Of a stretch of 64,000 bases of DNA, positions 1 to 12,907 are shown one piece after another. The notes under the pieces were generated by a model, which ran no database searches, was not told where the DNA came from, and saw only the letters and a list, made by a program, of their open reading frames with translations. Source of the DNA: Naegleria gruberi. Taxonomy: Eukaryota. The translations under genes and the position numbers were made by a program. Location of the stretch: assembly GCA_000004985.1 (NCBI GenBank), contig GG738861.1, one strand, 5' to 3'. Within the stretch, counting starts at the first letter, position 1; each line of letters opens with the position of its first letter.

Positions 1-165
1 AATGTTTTTGTCCCGCCTCAGTTTCCTAACTTCACACATCCAATACGAACAATAGTTGCGTTCAAGGAAATATAATGAAAGCTTTGAAAGTTAAAAAAAG
101 CAGTGGTAAATCAAAAAATCATTACATGAGCTAATTACCATGAAGGTTAAAATTAAAATACTAAT

Positions 166-238
166 CGCCCACCGTGGGGGTCGAACCCACGACCACAAGG
201 TTAAGAGCCTTGCGCTCTACCGACTGAGCTAGACGGGC
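166..238 (-). tRNA. tRNA-Lys (anticodon CUU), eukaryotic nuclear type
   Basis: Reverse complement GCCCGTCTAGCTCAGTCGGTAGAGCGCAAGGCTCTTAACCTTGTGGTCGTGGGTTCGACCCCCACGGTGGGCG folds as a cloverleaf (7-bp acceptor stem with G-U pairs, GTTCGA T-loop, CTCTTAA anticodon loop). It is near-identical to metazoan tRNA-Lys-CTT. Confidence 0.85.
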
Positions 239-394
239 TACATGTTCATCATTTTGTATTCTTAAAATAAAATAATAATCAATCTTGATGATTAATATGA
301 TTATTAGTCTTCAAACACGAATATCAAAATAATGTGTTTCTAGACAATAATGATTATTGTCTAGAAATTTATTCTTGAAATTGCACTTAAAAAA

Positions 395-2355
395 ATGAAC
401 AAACGACATCTAGCTGTAGAAATTCTAAACGATCAGTTCGGAGACATTATTGGCAAGGTTGGTTCTGTTCTTTTAGAACAAGGACCTCAGACCATGACGG
501 ATTTGATTCAAAATACATCATTGCAATTTCCTCAAGTCAGAAATGCTCTCCTTGTTTTAATTCAACACAACATGTGTGTCTATTTTGACAAGAATATATA
601 TCAACAAAAATTAGAACATGGATCAAAGAATGCGGAAGAGGAAGATGACATGAAAACACAAACAGAAAAATTGAGAGAACAAGAGGAAAGGAGAGAAAAG
701 TGGAAGCATAAAGGTGGAGGTAATGATACAGCACCAGTCACTGTACCTATTGAGGAAGAAGAATCGGAACAAATTAAAGCAGAAAAACAAAAACAATTCG
801 AAAGACAAAGCAAAATTATTTATTATCAAGTAATCATTGAAAATATTATTATGAGGTTGAAGAGTGCCAAGTTATTATATACCATTAGGACAAGTTATGG
901 TATTGATGCAGAAGAATTGTTGCACATTCTCTTACAACACGGCAGATTGACAATGAAGGAATTAATTCAAAAAGCTTTGGAAAATATTACACAAACAGGT
1001 AGGTTTTACCCAAATATTTTGAGTGTATTGAATACTGTTATTGTTTATTTAATCTATTATTATTGTTAATTAATATTACTTTTAAACTCGGAATAACCCA
1101 CTCTCAATTTTATTAATTTTTATTATTATTATATTATTATTATCATAATAATAATATTTAAAAAGATTATACATTTGCCACTGAAAGTAAAAAGACATCC
1201 TTCATCACTGCCTTCCAAAAGATGGTCAAGGACAGATTTATCAAGAGAGTTCAGCCATATGTTTCATCCATTCAACTTCAAGAACAAAAGAAAAATGCAA
1301 AGGAAGGAGGATCAAACTCTACAACAGATTTACTTCAAAAGTACTCCAAACAAAACAAGGAATCTAAAAAGAAATCGGACAAGTCAAAGAAGAGAAAGAC
1401 AATTGAAGATGAAGATGGCAGCTCTCAATATGAACCTGAAAAGAAAAAGAAGAAGGGAACAAGTTCAGAAATTTCACCACTCGAATTTGACACTGAAGAA
1501 TTTGATTCAATTGATGAAGATGAAATTCATATTGATGCTGAAAATATTTTGTGGACTACCAATTACTCACAATTTATCAGAACTTTCAGAAATGAATCCA
1601 TCATTAAATATGTTGAAACCAAGATGGGAGAACAATTTGCATCCATTGTTAAAGCTGCCTTTGATGAAACTGCACCATATCAAAGATCTAAGAATGATCC
1701 AATGTCAACACCACTCAAATTTGAAAAATTATATGATAGAATATCAGAAACTGAGGAAATTGGTAGAAAGGTATTGGAAAATAACTTGAGTTTCCTCTGT
1801 AATCCAGAATTGGATATTTTGAGAGCTATGGGTAAGGACACTTATTTCATTAATTTGAAAGGTGTTGCCGATAAACTCAAAAAGCAAGAAACTGAAGTCA
1901 TCATTTCACAAAAATACAGTGTGATTGGATGTAGATTATTCAGATTATTGCTTGAAAAGAAGTATTTGGAACAGACTCATATTGCCGAATGTGCACTTTT
2001 ACCACCTTGTGAAGCTAGAACTCTATTGATGAACATGTTGAGAGGCTCCATCCTTCATTTACAAGAAGTACCTAAGAGTAAGGATCGTAGCGCTCAACAA
2101 ACCTTCTTCCTGTGGAGTGTCAAGTTGGAACAAGTTTATGAAAAGATTATCGATGACATGTACAAATCTGTAAGAAATTTGAGAATTAGATTAAAGAAAG
2201 AACAACAACATATAATTGAATCAGGCATTCTCGAAAGCACCTATTTGAGTGAAGAACAAGAAGAACAAATCAGACGATTGAAAAACATTGAAGACAGATT
2301 AGAAGCCTCTCTCATCAAACTAGTTGACCTCATTACTTTATTCGAAGATTTTTAA
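395..2355 (+). CDS. POLR3C: RNA polymerase III subunit RPC82/RPC3 (POLR3C); exons 395..998 and 1166..2355
   Basis: N-terminal block EHFGEIVEKIG...VLVQHN-like and C-terminal block (SRTFYLYTV-like 'AQQTFFLWSV') both align to POLR3C. A GT (999) / AG (1165) intron of 167 nt joins the two ORF-track frames in phase 1. Confidence 0.75.
1086..1160. repeat. AT-rich (ATT/TAT)n microsatellite inside the POLR3C intron
   Basis: Run tattattattatattattattatcataataataata seen in the sequence. Confidence 0.6.
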
Positions 2356-2540
2356 ACTTATAAAAAACATTTTCACCTGAGTACACCTGTGTGCTTGATA
2401 GAACAGATTTCTATAACTCAATAATAACTATTGACTCCAATTATTCTGAGAAATGATCATTAACCACCTCTGTACAACAAATCTGTTGTTGCTTCAAAAG
2501 ATTAAATGTTGAAAGTGAATTTTTCTTGAGTTCAAAAAAA

Positions 2541-5233
2541 ATGAGAAAACACGGAGGCAACAATAAGAAGCCTTCAAACAACAACAATAAGAAGGGAGGA
2601 AATAACCCTGCTGGTAATCAAAAAGGTGGAGCCGGAAAGAAGTTTGGTGGCGCTGGAAAGAAGGCACCAAACCAACAAAAAAGAAAGGCAGAAGAAATTG
2701 TCAAGGATGATGATGTTCACTTGAGTGATTTGGATGAAGCCGATTTTGAATTTGCTGAAAGAATGAGTAGTCTTGCTGATTTGAAAGAGTAAGTTTTATA
2801 TATTTATTGATTGTTCTTATGGAATATTATTACAGGTCCGACTTTGATAAGAAGAAAAAGAAGAAACAAAAATTCAACAAACCAGATCCTTCGGAAATGA
2901 TTTCTGATGATGAAAAGGAACCAACAGTATCCGAAGATGAGGATGATTTGAAAGTAAAACAATTAGAAGAAACCTACTCTAAAGGAAGACTCTCAAAGAT
3001 TATGGAAAAGACTGAAAAAGTTTTGGAAGAAAATGAAAAGGAAGAATCACAAAAGAAGGTCAAATTAAAGCTTCCAATTAAGGGTGAGGATGGTACCATT
3101 AAAAAACAACTTCAAGTTATCCAAGAAAAGGAGGAAAAGAAGAAAGTTTTGACAAAGCAAGCAAAGAAGGATAAAAAGGAACAACAAAAGAGAAATGAGG
3201 AACAAGAAGAGGATGATATGGAGGATGAAATTGATGAAGAGGAAGTGTTTGATTCACTGAATACTAAAATTGAGGAGGAAACAGACGAAACCAAAAAGGA
3301 AAGAGAAGCCAAAAAGCAAGAAAAGATTAGACTTCAACAAATTTTGGAAGATCCTATTTTGAGAGAAAACAGAAGACAAAAATTAAGAACTGAAATTGGT
3401 GCATTGGCTTCCTCCATTTTAGAATTGCCAGATGTTAATGTGAGTATAGTTGATCATTATTGAAATATTTAACCATTTATCAAGTTAATCAAAATTTCTA
3501 GAATTTATGACTTGTGTATGGATGGAGATGTTTTTGTGAAAAAGATTGCAGTTCTCTCCATGTGTGCTCTTTTCAAGGATTTACTTCCTGATTACAAGAT
3601 TAACTTGGAAGTTGCTGCTGAAGGTACTCGTTTCTCAAAGGAAGTTAAGACAAGAAGAAACTTTGAAAGTAATATTTTGAAACACTATCAAAAATATGTA
3701 CTCTATGTAGAGAAACATGCCAAGACTCCTTCCTCTAAAATTCAATTGATTTGTGCCAAGAGTTTGTGTGAACTTTTGGTTAATAGACCATACTTTAACT
3801 TTACCAATGATATTATTAGAATTATTGTTCCACAATTGAACTCTAAGGTTGACAAAGTGAGAGAACTTGTTGCTCAAAGCATTTCTGAACTCTTTGCCAA
3901 CGATCCAACTAAGGGTGCAACCAGTTTAGATATTGTTGAGGAAATTGCTGCCGTAATTGTAAGGAAAAAGTATGAAGTTTCTCCAACCATGTTCGATGTT
4001 TTCTTGTCCCTCAAGTTAAAGACCATTTTGAAAGACAAGGTTTTACCTGAAAATATTGTGAATAGAAAGAAGAATAAGAGAAATAAGAAGAAGGCTAAGG
4101 ATCTTTCAGATGGTGAAGAATTGAGAAGAGATTTGAAGGAAGCTGAAGGTGCATCAAACTCTGAACAAAAGAAGAATCAAACTGATATTTTGAGAAATAT
4201 CATTGTTTGTTATGTCAGAGTTCTCAAACAACAACCTGAATCACCAATCGTTTTCAGTGCTTTGGCAGGTTTGGCCAAGTTCTCCCACTTGATGAATGTT
4301 GATATATTGTACTCTCTCTTGGATTATATGAAGGCCTTGTTGGAATCTGCTGATAATATCAATGAATTGGTTGCCTCACATTTAGATGAAAATGAATCAA
4401 AGGCTTTCAAACCAATTGAATTACCAATCAGAACTGTTTTACAAACCCTCATCACTACTGCCAGACTTTTGACAGGTATTGGTAGTGCCATCGATATTGA
4501 TCCAAAGGAATTCTATACTCAACTCTACAATGCCATTGATAGAGTTATTTCATTACCATATGAAGAAACCAACCTTAGATTGCTTTTGGACGCTCTTGTG
4601 TTGCTCTTATTGAAGCCAGCCAAATTGCCAATTACCAGAGTTGCTGCCTTTATCAAAAAGTTATGTTGCTACTGTTTCACCACATCCATCCATATTACAT
4701 TGGCCTTCTTGGAAATTATTAAGGAACTCTTCATAAAATATCCAAATGCCAAGCAAATGCTCAGTGGAGAAGAAAGTGGTATTGGTAACTATTCATTCGA
4801 TGAAACTGTTCCAGACAGCACAACTCCATTCTCTAGTCCATTGTTCGAATTGGGTCAAATTCAAACTCACTACCACCCACAACTCAAATACAGTTTAGAT
4901 GGTATCAGAAGTGTTTTGGGTCTCGTAACCAAATTCCAACAAACCAAAGCCAGAGACGAATTCAAACTCTTATCATGTGATGAATATCAAAATATTTTAA
5001 CAGAGTTCGATCCACAAAACGTCAAATTCAAACCACCAGTGCAAGCTCCAACCTCACATCCACTCCAAGAAAAATTAGAAAGACTCAGCGAAAAGAAGAA
5101 TAATCCAGAATTTAACAAGAAGAAGAAGCAAAAACTCCAAGAAAAGCAAATCTACGTTTCTCCATCACTTCTTCACATGAGATCAACTTTTGCCCTTGAT
5201 TGTCTCTCTAAATCATCGACATTACGTTTGTAA
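2541..5233 (+). CDS. NOC3L: Nucleolar complex protein 3 (NOC3/NOC3L); exons 2541..2788, 2836..3439 and 3485..5233
   Basis: AIVSLLAIFKDIIPSY-like motif (AVLSMCALFKDLLPDY) and a CBF/NOC3 helical domain align to NOC3L. Two short GT-AG introns (47 nt starting gtaagtttt, 45 nt starting gtgagtat) keep the phases consistent. The true ATG lies 15 nt downstream of the track's TTG start. Confidence 0.8.
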
Positions 5234-5675
5234 AAAAGATTGTAAATAAATATCGACTTTTTCAACTTTCCAATACTAAAACCCAACAGGTTGGCACCTT
5301 ATCAGTCAACTAGCCTCAGACAAACAAAGTGGAGAAAATCAAAAAGACAAAAGACTACAGCACCACAGGTTCCCAAGTTGTCTCCAACCTCAGTACTGAT
5401 GTGGCTCGACGATGCTTAACTTCTCAAATCGGACGGGATGAGGTGCATTCATCGTGATATGGCCGTAGCCATTCATAACCCTAAAACAATGAATGTAAAG
5501 AATATTGAAAATCTTAATACTGAATTATTGGAGGTCGACACAAATACCAAATCAGACAGTTGTAGTATTATGGAACAACAAAAACAACACAGATTCAATA
5601 TCGATAATATTATCATTTCATCCTTTGTCTTACAAGAATCAAGAAAATTACAATTTATTAATAAAATTAAAAAAA

Positions 5676-8584
5676 ATGCAAAACAACAACAACTCATCAA
5701 ATCCACAACAAAAAGTTTATCTTCCCTCTGAGGAGATGACGTACATACACAGACACTTTAGAGAAGATTCCTTTTTGAAAATGTTTGTGGACAATTTCAA
5801 GCCTTCGGAAGCCTTTTCCTTTGATGTATCAAGCTATTTGAAAAAGAAATTAAAAGAAGAGGAAGATGATCAGTCGACAAATTCAAAATCAACATCATTA
5901 GAATCGGAAATATTAAAACTTTCTGAAGGTGTTTCTGCGATTGATAATCAAATTTTCAAGATTTTTGAAAAGCAAAGTTCACAGTTGGATGAAGAAGAAT
6001 CGGAATTTAAAACTTTTTTGTTTAAATCATTGGGTGATGAATTGACACAACATGATGAGTTGGCAGATATGAGTTTGGTCAATCAGTATCAAAAAGTCAT
6101 GTCTGGAAAGGGATTTTATAAGAGTATATTTGAAATTCAAAATTTAGAGGAAGATTTAAATTCCATCAAGAAGAGTGTTGATTTATTACAAACTTCAGTC
6201 AATAGGTTTGTGTTTATTTCTATTCATTAACATGATAGAGATTTATAATTATTTTGCAAATAATATGTGGTGTGAAATATGATTTTATTCGATTATTAAA
6301 TAACATTATTATTGGAAAATTTAAAGATTACAATCAAGTTTGGGAGCAAGTGCCACTAATTTGACCTCCCGACACAAACAACTTGAAAACATGTTCGAAA
6401 CACTTGAATTGATGAAGAAAGTTTATTCCTTCCTCTCAATGATCTCCAAATTAAAGAAGAGTTATAATGGATATAATTCTGATCAAACTAATTTATTTGC
6501 CACGTCACAATATATTTTCGAATTGGAACAAGTTGTAAAATCACGAGAATTGGAGAATATTACAATTGTAGATAAGGAAATTCCATATATTCAAAATATT
6601 TCAACCGAAGTGAAGAATGAAGCCATCAAGGCAATGAAGGAAGGCATGAAGAACAAACAACAATCAACAGTAGCTACTGCCCTACAAGTTTTTTTCAATT
6701 TTAACATTCTCTCAGAGATGATCAATGACACTGTTACACACCAAATCAATGCTGCAACAAATGCTGTAAAATCTGTATTTTCACAAAAACCAACCAAATC
6801 AACAGAGAGTACTTTCAAGACTCAATTCCTCGTCTCTCTCAAGAGCTTGTTTTCTGATATGGAAACTCTCTACCAACAAATTTATCACTTGGATTTGGTT
6901 GTAAAGAAGAAGAGGGATACATTGTCACAGAGGGATTTTTCTGCCATTCTCATTGAAAAGGGTAACGAAAACTTTTTGGAATTATTTTGGAATAATGTTC
7001 AAAAGTCAATTTCACTCTCAATGAAAAAGGTGATCGATAATCAATTCCTTAAGGACATTTTTGTGATTGAATATCCACAAATTAAGACCATGATGAAGGA
7101 ATTTTTCAATTCTCTCGTTCAGCAATTACCAACACAGGAGTCAAGGTTAGTTTTTTTTCTTTTTTTAATTAAATTATTATTAATCATTTTCACATCATAA
7201 TAATAATAACAATACATTAATGATAAAATAATAATATAGAAATCAATCTTGGATTATTACCATGTTGGATCCATTCGAAGTTCAATATTTATACTCATCC
7301 CTGAATAGACTTGTAGAAAAGACAAAACTAGTCTTTGGTAAGGTATCTCCTCCAAAACCAAAGGAAACAACATTCAAAGGTCTGACCACAACTGATATCA
7401 GACAAATCACTTCTCTCATGTTACAGGAATTGAATAATGTTAAATCTGATGAAAAGCTCTTCTTTGAAATTGGAAAGAATATTGCCAAGACCATTCAACT
7501 CTTTTGTAATAATATTGAAGAGCTCATAATTACTGATTCCTCTTCAAGAGATATCGATTTGCTCTCAGTTCTCGAGGGAAGTATTGGAAGATCCACCACT
7601 CCCTCCCAACTCTTCAATGCAAATCTATTCAATTCCACTTATTTCATGCTGACAAACACTACCAAATCAATCAAGACTCTATCGAATCTTCCAGCATTTA
7701 CAGCACTTGAGAAAATGTTAGAAATTTCTCTGAAAAAATTGGATGAAATTGGAAAGCAAATTACTGGGCCAATCTTTGACACAATCAGCAGACAACTTTT
7801 AACCATCCTATTGAATATGCATCTCTCTGAGGAGGAAATGAGAATCAAACAGCAACAATTGGAAATGAGTCGTATGAATGAGATTGGTGTCGAGTACAAT
7901 ACCAATACTCTATTCGTATGTCAATTCTTCTATTGCCTCAAACATGCCAAGAGAGTTTACTTTCAAATGTTCGATCAACAAACTGCCTCTGTGAGTGGAA
8001 ATATGTTCATTCCCCTCATTGAAAAACTGTATATTTACATTACCATTGAGATTACCCTCAAGACCATAACACTCTCGAGAACATTCCCACTCGAAGAGAG
8101 AGAAATTCACTTCCTAACTCTTCTCAATGATGCCAAGCAACTTCAAGCAATGATTGCTGACTTTTTGTCTGATGATAGTAATCATCAAACCAAAGGTCAC
8201 TTGCTGTTCAAAACCTTTTTAAAGATTATCTTTGTGAATGACTTTTCAATTATCGACAAGCAGTTGGCAATTAATGAAGCTTCTCATGCCATCCTAGTTT
8301 CTCATCTCTTAATGACCAAGATTGAGAATGTAGATTGGATTATTCCTCCTCACGAACATACCAAGACCTCACTGAGAGAGTACAGTAAGTGGTGGATTGA
8401 AAATATGCAAAATTCGAAAGAAGGTGTCATTCTAGATAATCTTAGCAAGTGTATTGCTGAAATGAAAAAGAAGGATACTGAATCTGCCTCCAAAGTCATT
8501 CCAATTATTGAGAATATTTTGAGTAAGAATTATTCCAGTGGTGCCAGTAATAATACTAATGGTGAAGATAATCTCAAACAATAA
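5676..8584 (+). CDS. COG5: Conserved oligomeric Golgi complex subunit 5 (COG5); exons 5676..6205, 6327..7145 and 7240..8584
   Basis: TALQVFFNFNIL (human TALQVFYNLGTL), VVKKKRDTLSQ and NIAKTIQLF motifs align to COG5. Introns of 121 and 94 nt (GT..AG) were resolved in phase 2. Confidence 0.7.
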
Positions 8585-8832
8585 ATTCAATTTTTGTGCG
8601 TTTCTCAAGTTCAATTACTAAACTTCATATGAATTACAAAGACAACAATTTAAGAATGTTTTTTTATGTTTTTTATTGTTATTGTGTGATGATCGAAAGT
8701 CATGATGATATTAATCCTGTTGTTGTTGTTTTTAGAGTGTTGTTCATTTACGGAACACACAATAATATTACTACTACAAATATCCATCATCATTCCCATT
8801 AAATTATATTTTCTATTTGATTGTTATTCAAA

Positions 8833-9189
8833 TTAATTCATCAATGGTCTTCTTCTGACAACTCTGACGAGACTCTTATTAGCAGATGGATCAATGATTT
8901 TAGCGTTAATCATTTCTTCTCTATTTTCCTTGTATCCTTTCAAACGTAAAAAAGAGTTAGCTTGAGTAATCCACAAACCACCAAAGAGAGAAACACTTGA
9001 AGCAACCAAAGCGGCAGACATTCTACCTGGTCCTCCTCTAGCATATCCAAAAATACCAGATCCAAGAGTCCACAAACCAACATATCCCAATTCCTTTGGT
9101 CTTGTATTTTGCATAATTTGTGGATAGGATGGTGCTTCGCTAATCACTGGATAGCACAAGTGTTCCTTTGTTTCAATGATACCCTCCAT
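8833..9189 (-). CDS. Small glycine-rich 2-TM membrane protein, TMEM14/UPF0136-like (tentative)
   Basis: 118-aa ORF. The segment LGYVGLWTLGSGIFGYARGGPGRMSAALVASSVSLFGG resembles the TMEM14 hairpin [29 protein letters not shown]. Family assignment is uncertain. Confidence 0.35.
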   Translation of the reverse strand: MEGIIETKEHLCYPVISEAPSYPQIMQNTRPKELGYVGLWTLGSGIFGYARGGPGRMSAALVASSVSLFGGLWITQANSFLRLKGYKENREEMINAKIIDPSANKSLVRVVRRRPLMN

Positions 9190-9616
9190 TGTTACTAACT
9201 AAGTATTTTTTTCAATTTAATATTTTTTAAAAATATTTCAAAAAAATTAAATATTTGTGATGGTGATGATGATAAGTGTTTTCTAGAAAACAATGAATTG
9301 AAGAAGGAAGTTAGATAGGAAGAGTAAGGTACATTTGAATGGTCAGATGCCAATACTTATTCGAGCCTTCCGAAGATAGAACTTTTATCCGTTAAAAATG
9401 TTCATCAATTAATTATGATGGAAAATTAAATTCTAATTTTTTGAAATGGTAGTCTATCCAATTCTATGAATTTAAATAAGATATTATTAATAACCTTCCA
9501 TCATCATCCATATTCCAACAAGTTTCTTACATTCGGACCGGAGAAGAAAACGGAGATGTTACCTAAAAGAAAATTAAAAAAAAATCAAATTATTTTTTCG
9601 AAATAACAATAAAAAA

Positions 9617-9880
9617 ATGGCTTGCAACAAATCAATTTGGATGGGCTGTTGCGGTTGTTGTGCCGTATACTCCCTAGTCAGCATGCTTATATTAGTATAT
9701 TTGGGTGTCCTCATCATTGCTGAGGCTTATCCTTTCTCTGAAGGTGTTAACGATCACGTGCATAAAACCAGAGTCCAAAAGGCTCAAGGTTTCTTCATTG
9801 CTGCCGGCATGTATTTGTTCTTTGTTTTGTTAGGAATTGGTGTTACGCTTGGACTCTACTTTAAGAAGAAGAGAGAATAA
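9617..9880 (+). CDS. Small Cys-rich 2-TM membrane protein (hypothetical)
   Basis: 87-aa ORF starting at ATG 9617 with two hydrophobic helices and an N-terminal CCGCC palmitoylation-like cluster. No family recognised. Confidence 0.35.
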   Translation: MACNKSIWMGCCGCCAVYSLVSMLILVYLGVLIIAEAYPFSEGVNDHVHKTRVQKAQGFFIAAGMYLFFVLLGIGVTLGLYFKKKRE

Positions 9881-10451
9881 GTTTGCGGATCATATAAATA
9901 TATAATTAATTTAATTCATCAGTACTGCTCAGAGTGTTTTAATAACAATATTTGGATAATTATTTGAGGAGGATAATAATTTATGGAATTCTCTTTGGAA
10001 ACCAATACTTTTCAAGGACCTATCCTCTGAAATATTATCCGAGAGGCTATCATTATGATCTTCAAATAATTATTCAAATCGTTTCATCTCTTTACAAAAA
10101 ACCTATTCTTAAATCGTTTTCAATTCTTATTACAAAATAATTAACTGTAGTTCCAATCAAATTGATATCATCTCCAAAAATCAAAACAACAGCTCCCCAC
10201 CACCAGTACTCAACCAAGCACAAACTCTAGCAATTACAGGTGAGGAGAATTATCGAGTCCTATTGCTGGTTCGTTCATTTTCCACTCCACCACATGAGTT
10301 TCAAAAGAATCTTCGGCCTTTTTATCAACACTGTAAAAAAACGCAAAACAACTTGCAACTTTGCTAATTGATATAACGATCAAGTTCTTCTTGAAATTGT
10401 TTTTCATCATCATTACTATCATTATCATTATCAGCATCATCATTTAAAAAG

Positions 10452-11912
10452 ATGACAAATACTAATTCCTATGTAATTGGTGTTGATCATGTTAGATTTC
10501 ATGTGGATAATGCTCTTCAAACAGCAGCCTATTATATTTCAAATCTTGGATTTGTTCCGATGGCTTATGAAGGATTGGAAACAGGTAATAAGGATTTTTG
10601 TACACATGTAATTCGACAAAATGATATTGTCTTGGCCTTTACTTCTCCTCTTCATAAGGCTCCTTGTGTATTACAGACCAATGTTCAACTTCATCCATAC
10701 TTGTTCACCACATTGAAACACTTTGAACAAACAAAAACAATTGAATACAAGGATGAAGATCCTATTAGAAAATTCTATAAATCATTGGAAGCTCATGGAA
10801 GTAATCATGCTCATGATATGGCCTTGTTAGTGAGTGATGTTGAAAAGGCCTATGAACAAGCTTGCAAACATCCAAAAACAAAAGCACTCACACCACCAAC
10901 TAGATTATATTTGGATGAGGATAAGAGTAGATTTATTGAATTTGCTTGTATTGCAACACAATTCGGAGAGGATGCTTGGATTCACACATTAATTAATAGA
11001 GATCATCAAGGAAGTGATATTGGTCAGGTTTTCCTTCCAGGATTCAGACAGAGAAAATTAAATCCAGACCAAGAAGTTCCACCTCAACATTTGGAATATG
11101 TTGATCATTTTGCTATTGCTATTCATAAAGGAACTCTCATTGAGGGAATACAGTGGTATTCCGAAGCATTGGGCTTTGAAAGATTCTACAATAATGATGA
11201 TGAAGAGGATCAGAAGGGTATTCAAATTGAGAGCTCGGAGAAGGATTTGGGTGGATTAACTACAATGGTAGTTGCTCCTTCATTAATTTCATCATTGAAT
11301 AGACATATTGAATTACACGAGCTCAACAAGCAATCTACTAAGGAAATGAATGAGAGTGAAATACATCACAGAAGAGAATTGATTGCCTCCAAGGTCATGA
11401 AGAAAATGATCAAGTTTGTACTGATTGAACCTGTCAATACCAAACAATCAAAGAGTCAAATTCAAGAATTTTTGGATTATAATGATGGACCAGGTATTGC
11501 TCACTTGGCTGTTCATACAGAAGATATTATCAATGCAGTTTCTAAATCTAGAAAGGCAGGTGTTGATTATATCACAGTTCCACCAACCTATTACACAAAT
11601 TGGAGGGAAAAGAAGGAATTGTACGATATGGTCAATGAGGATTGGACTCTATTGGAAAAGAATGCAATTTTGGTGGATGGTGTTGTCTTTTCTAAGGAAG
11701 ATGATGAATCATTACAGGAAAATCATGGATTCAGATATCTCTTACAAACTTTCACTAAACCAATTGAGGATAGACCAACATTTTACTTTGAAATTATTTC
11801 ACGTCGTGGTAATAGCGGATTTGGTAAGGGAAATATTAAAGCCCTCTTTGATGCTATTGAGAGGCTTCAAATTGAGAGAGGAAATTTATTTATTGAAGAG
11901 GATAAACAATAG
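10452..11912 (+). CDS. HPD: 4-hydroxyphenylpyruvate dioxygenase (HPPD), intronless, with an internal ~90-aa insertion
   Basis: GLETG...THVIRQ, GPGIAHLAVHTEDI and TVPPTYY motifs, plus a C-terminal FEIISRRG...GFGKGN block. At 486 aa it is longer than the ~370–400 aa of typical HPPDs. Confidence 0.9.
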   Translation: MTNTNSYVIGVDHVRFHVDNALQTAAYYISNLGFVPMAYEGLETGNKDFCTHVIRQNDIVLAFTSPLHKAPCVLQTNVQLHPYLFTTLKHFEQTKTIEYKDEDPIRKFYKSLEAHGSNHAHDMALLVSDVEKAYEQACKHPKTKALTPPTRLYLDEDKSRFIEFACIATQFGEDAWIHTLINRDHQGSDIGQVFLPGFRQRKLNPDQEVPPQHLEYVDHFAIAIHKGTLIEGIQWYSEALGFERFYNNDDEEDQKGIQIESSEKDLGGLTTMVVAPSLISSLNRHIELHELNKQSTKEMNESEIHHRRELIASKVMKKMIKFVLIEPVNTKQSKSQIQEFLDYNDGPGIAHLAVHTEDIINAVSKSRKAGVDYITVPPTYYTNWREKKELYDMVNEDWTLLEKNAILVDGVVFSKEDDESLQENHGFRYLLQTFTKPIEDRPTFYFEIISRRGNSGFGKGNIKALFDAIERLQIERGNLFIEEDKQ

Positions 11913-12431
11913 ATTATCTGGAATGGCAACTTGGATTTTTTTAATAGAAAATAAACAATGATACTAAACTAAACTATTCAGTTTTATATTAAGATTTGGG
12001 ATTCAATTACAATAATTTCAAAAACAGAGGTACAGTTGATGAATTTTCAGGAAATATCATCCACTGACCAATAAAGTGTTGATTTGAAATCAATTAACAT
12101 GTTTCTCCAAGTTGCTGGAATCTGATGAGGCAATTGAATTGGTTGCAGATGTTCAGGGAAAGGGAGATGTCATGTTGGAGCCGTTGTTGAAGCAGGTGCT
12201 GTCATTTTAGCATTGTGTGTTGCTGTGTGGGATGAAAAAAAGAAAAAGCCAAATAGAACGTTTTAAATTCATAAGCCTCAGCAAAACCATTGCTAAATCT
12301 CACATGAGAATTAAACTTGTGTATTTTGAATCTAATTATTGAGTTGAAGTTTAAACTTTCGAACATTTACTTGTTTCAAATCAATTAAAAAACAGTTGAA
12401 AAGATAACAACCTGTCATTACGTTAAAAAAA

Positions 12432-12765
12432 ATGAATCAAACAGAACTCTTGGTCTTGATTATTTTCAGTTTATTCTTCCCTCCACTTTGTAAGTTTTTC
12501 ATGAATAACCCGAAGTTTAGTTTCACCTAACTCCAATATAAATTCACTAGCTGTGGCAGTTGTAAGTAACAAAACATGACACCAAACATTTGACATTTCA
12601 CAACAATATTATTCGGATGATGATAATTATTGAATATCCAACATGAAAATAATTTAGAAAAAAAGAATGCACTTGCATTTGTACTTGAACATTCTCCTGA
12701 CAATTTTAGGTTGGATTCCAGGAGTTATTCATGCTTTTTTAGTATTGTTCGATGTTTTCAATTAA
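12432..12765 (+). CDS. PMP3/UPF0057 plasma-membrane proteolipid; exons 12432..12489, 12551..12561 and 12658..12765
   Basis: Spliced product MNQTELLVLIIFSLFFPPL-SVAV-KKRMHLHLYLNILLTILGWIPGVIHAFLVLFDVFN matches yeast Pmp3 (LFLPPVAVFLARG...IILTILAWFPGMLYALYIV). The middle exon is an 11-nt micro-exon, and exon 3 has no in-frame start codon, which is why it is absent from the ORF track. Confidence 0.5.
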
Positions 12766-12907
12766 AACAACTTAAAGATAGATTATCAAACTATCTATTT
12801 GGAGGAACTATTAAATATTTGATAGTTCAACTATATTATTAATTCACAATTTCTTTGATTTCACACAGAATATCACAAAATAATATTCAATCTTGTTATG
12901 AAACAAT

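Noticed and set aside
537-829. Several 65–70-aa antisense ORFs inside POLR3C exon 1, and many similar short antisense/overlapping ORFs throughout the track (e.g. 3112..3312, 7639..7905, 33068..34006, 40686..41084)
   Set aside because: They lie opposite well-supported conserved genes, have low-complexity composition and no recognisable motifs, and fit AT-rich shadow ORFs.
11425-11961. 178-aa ORF overlapping the 3' half of HPPD in another frame
   Set aside because: It overlaps a strongly conserved HPPD reading frame and carries no motifs, so it is a shadow ORF.
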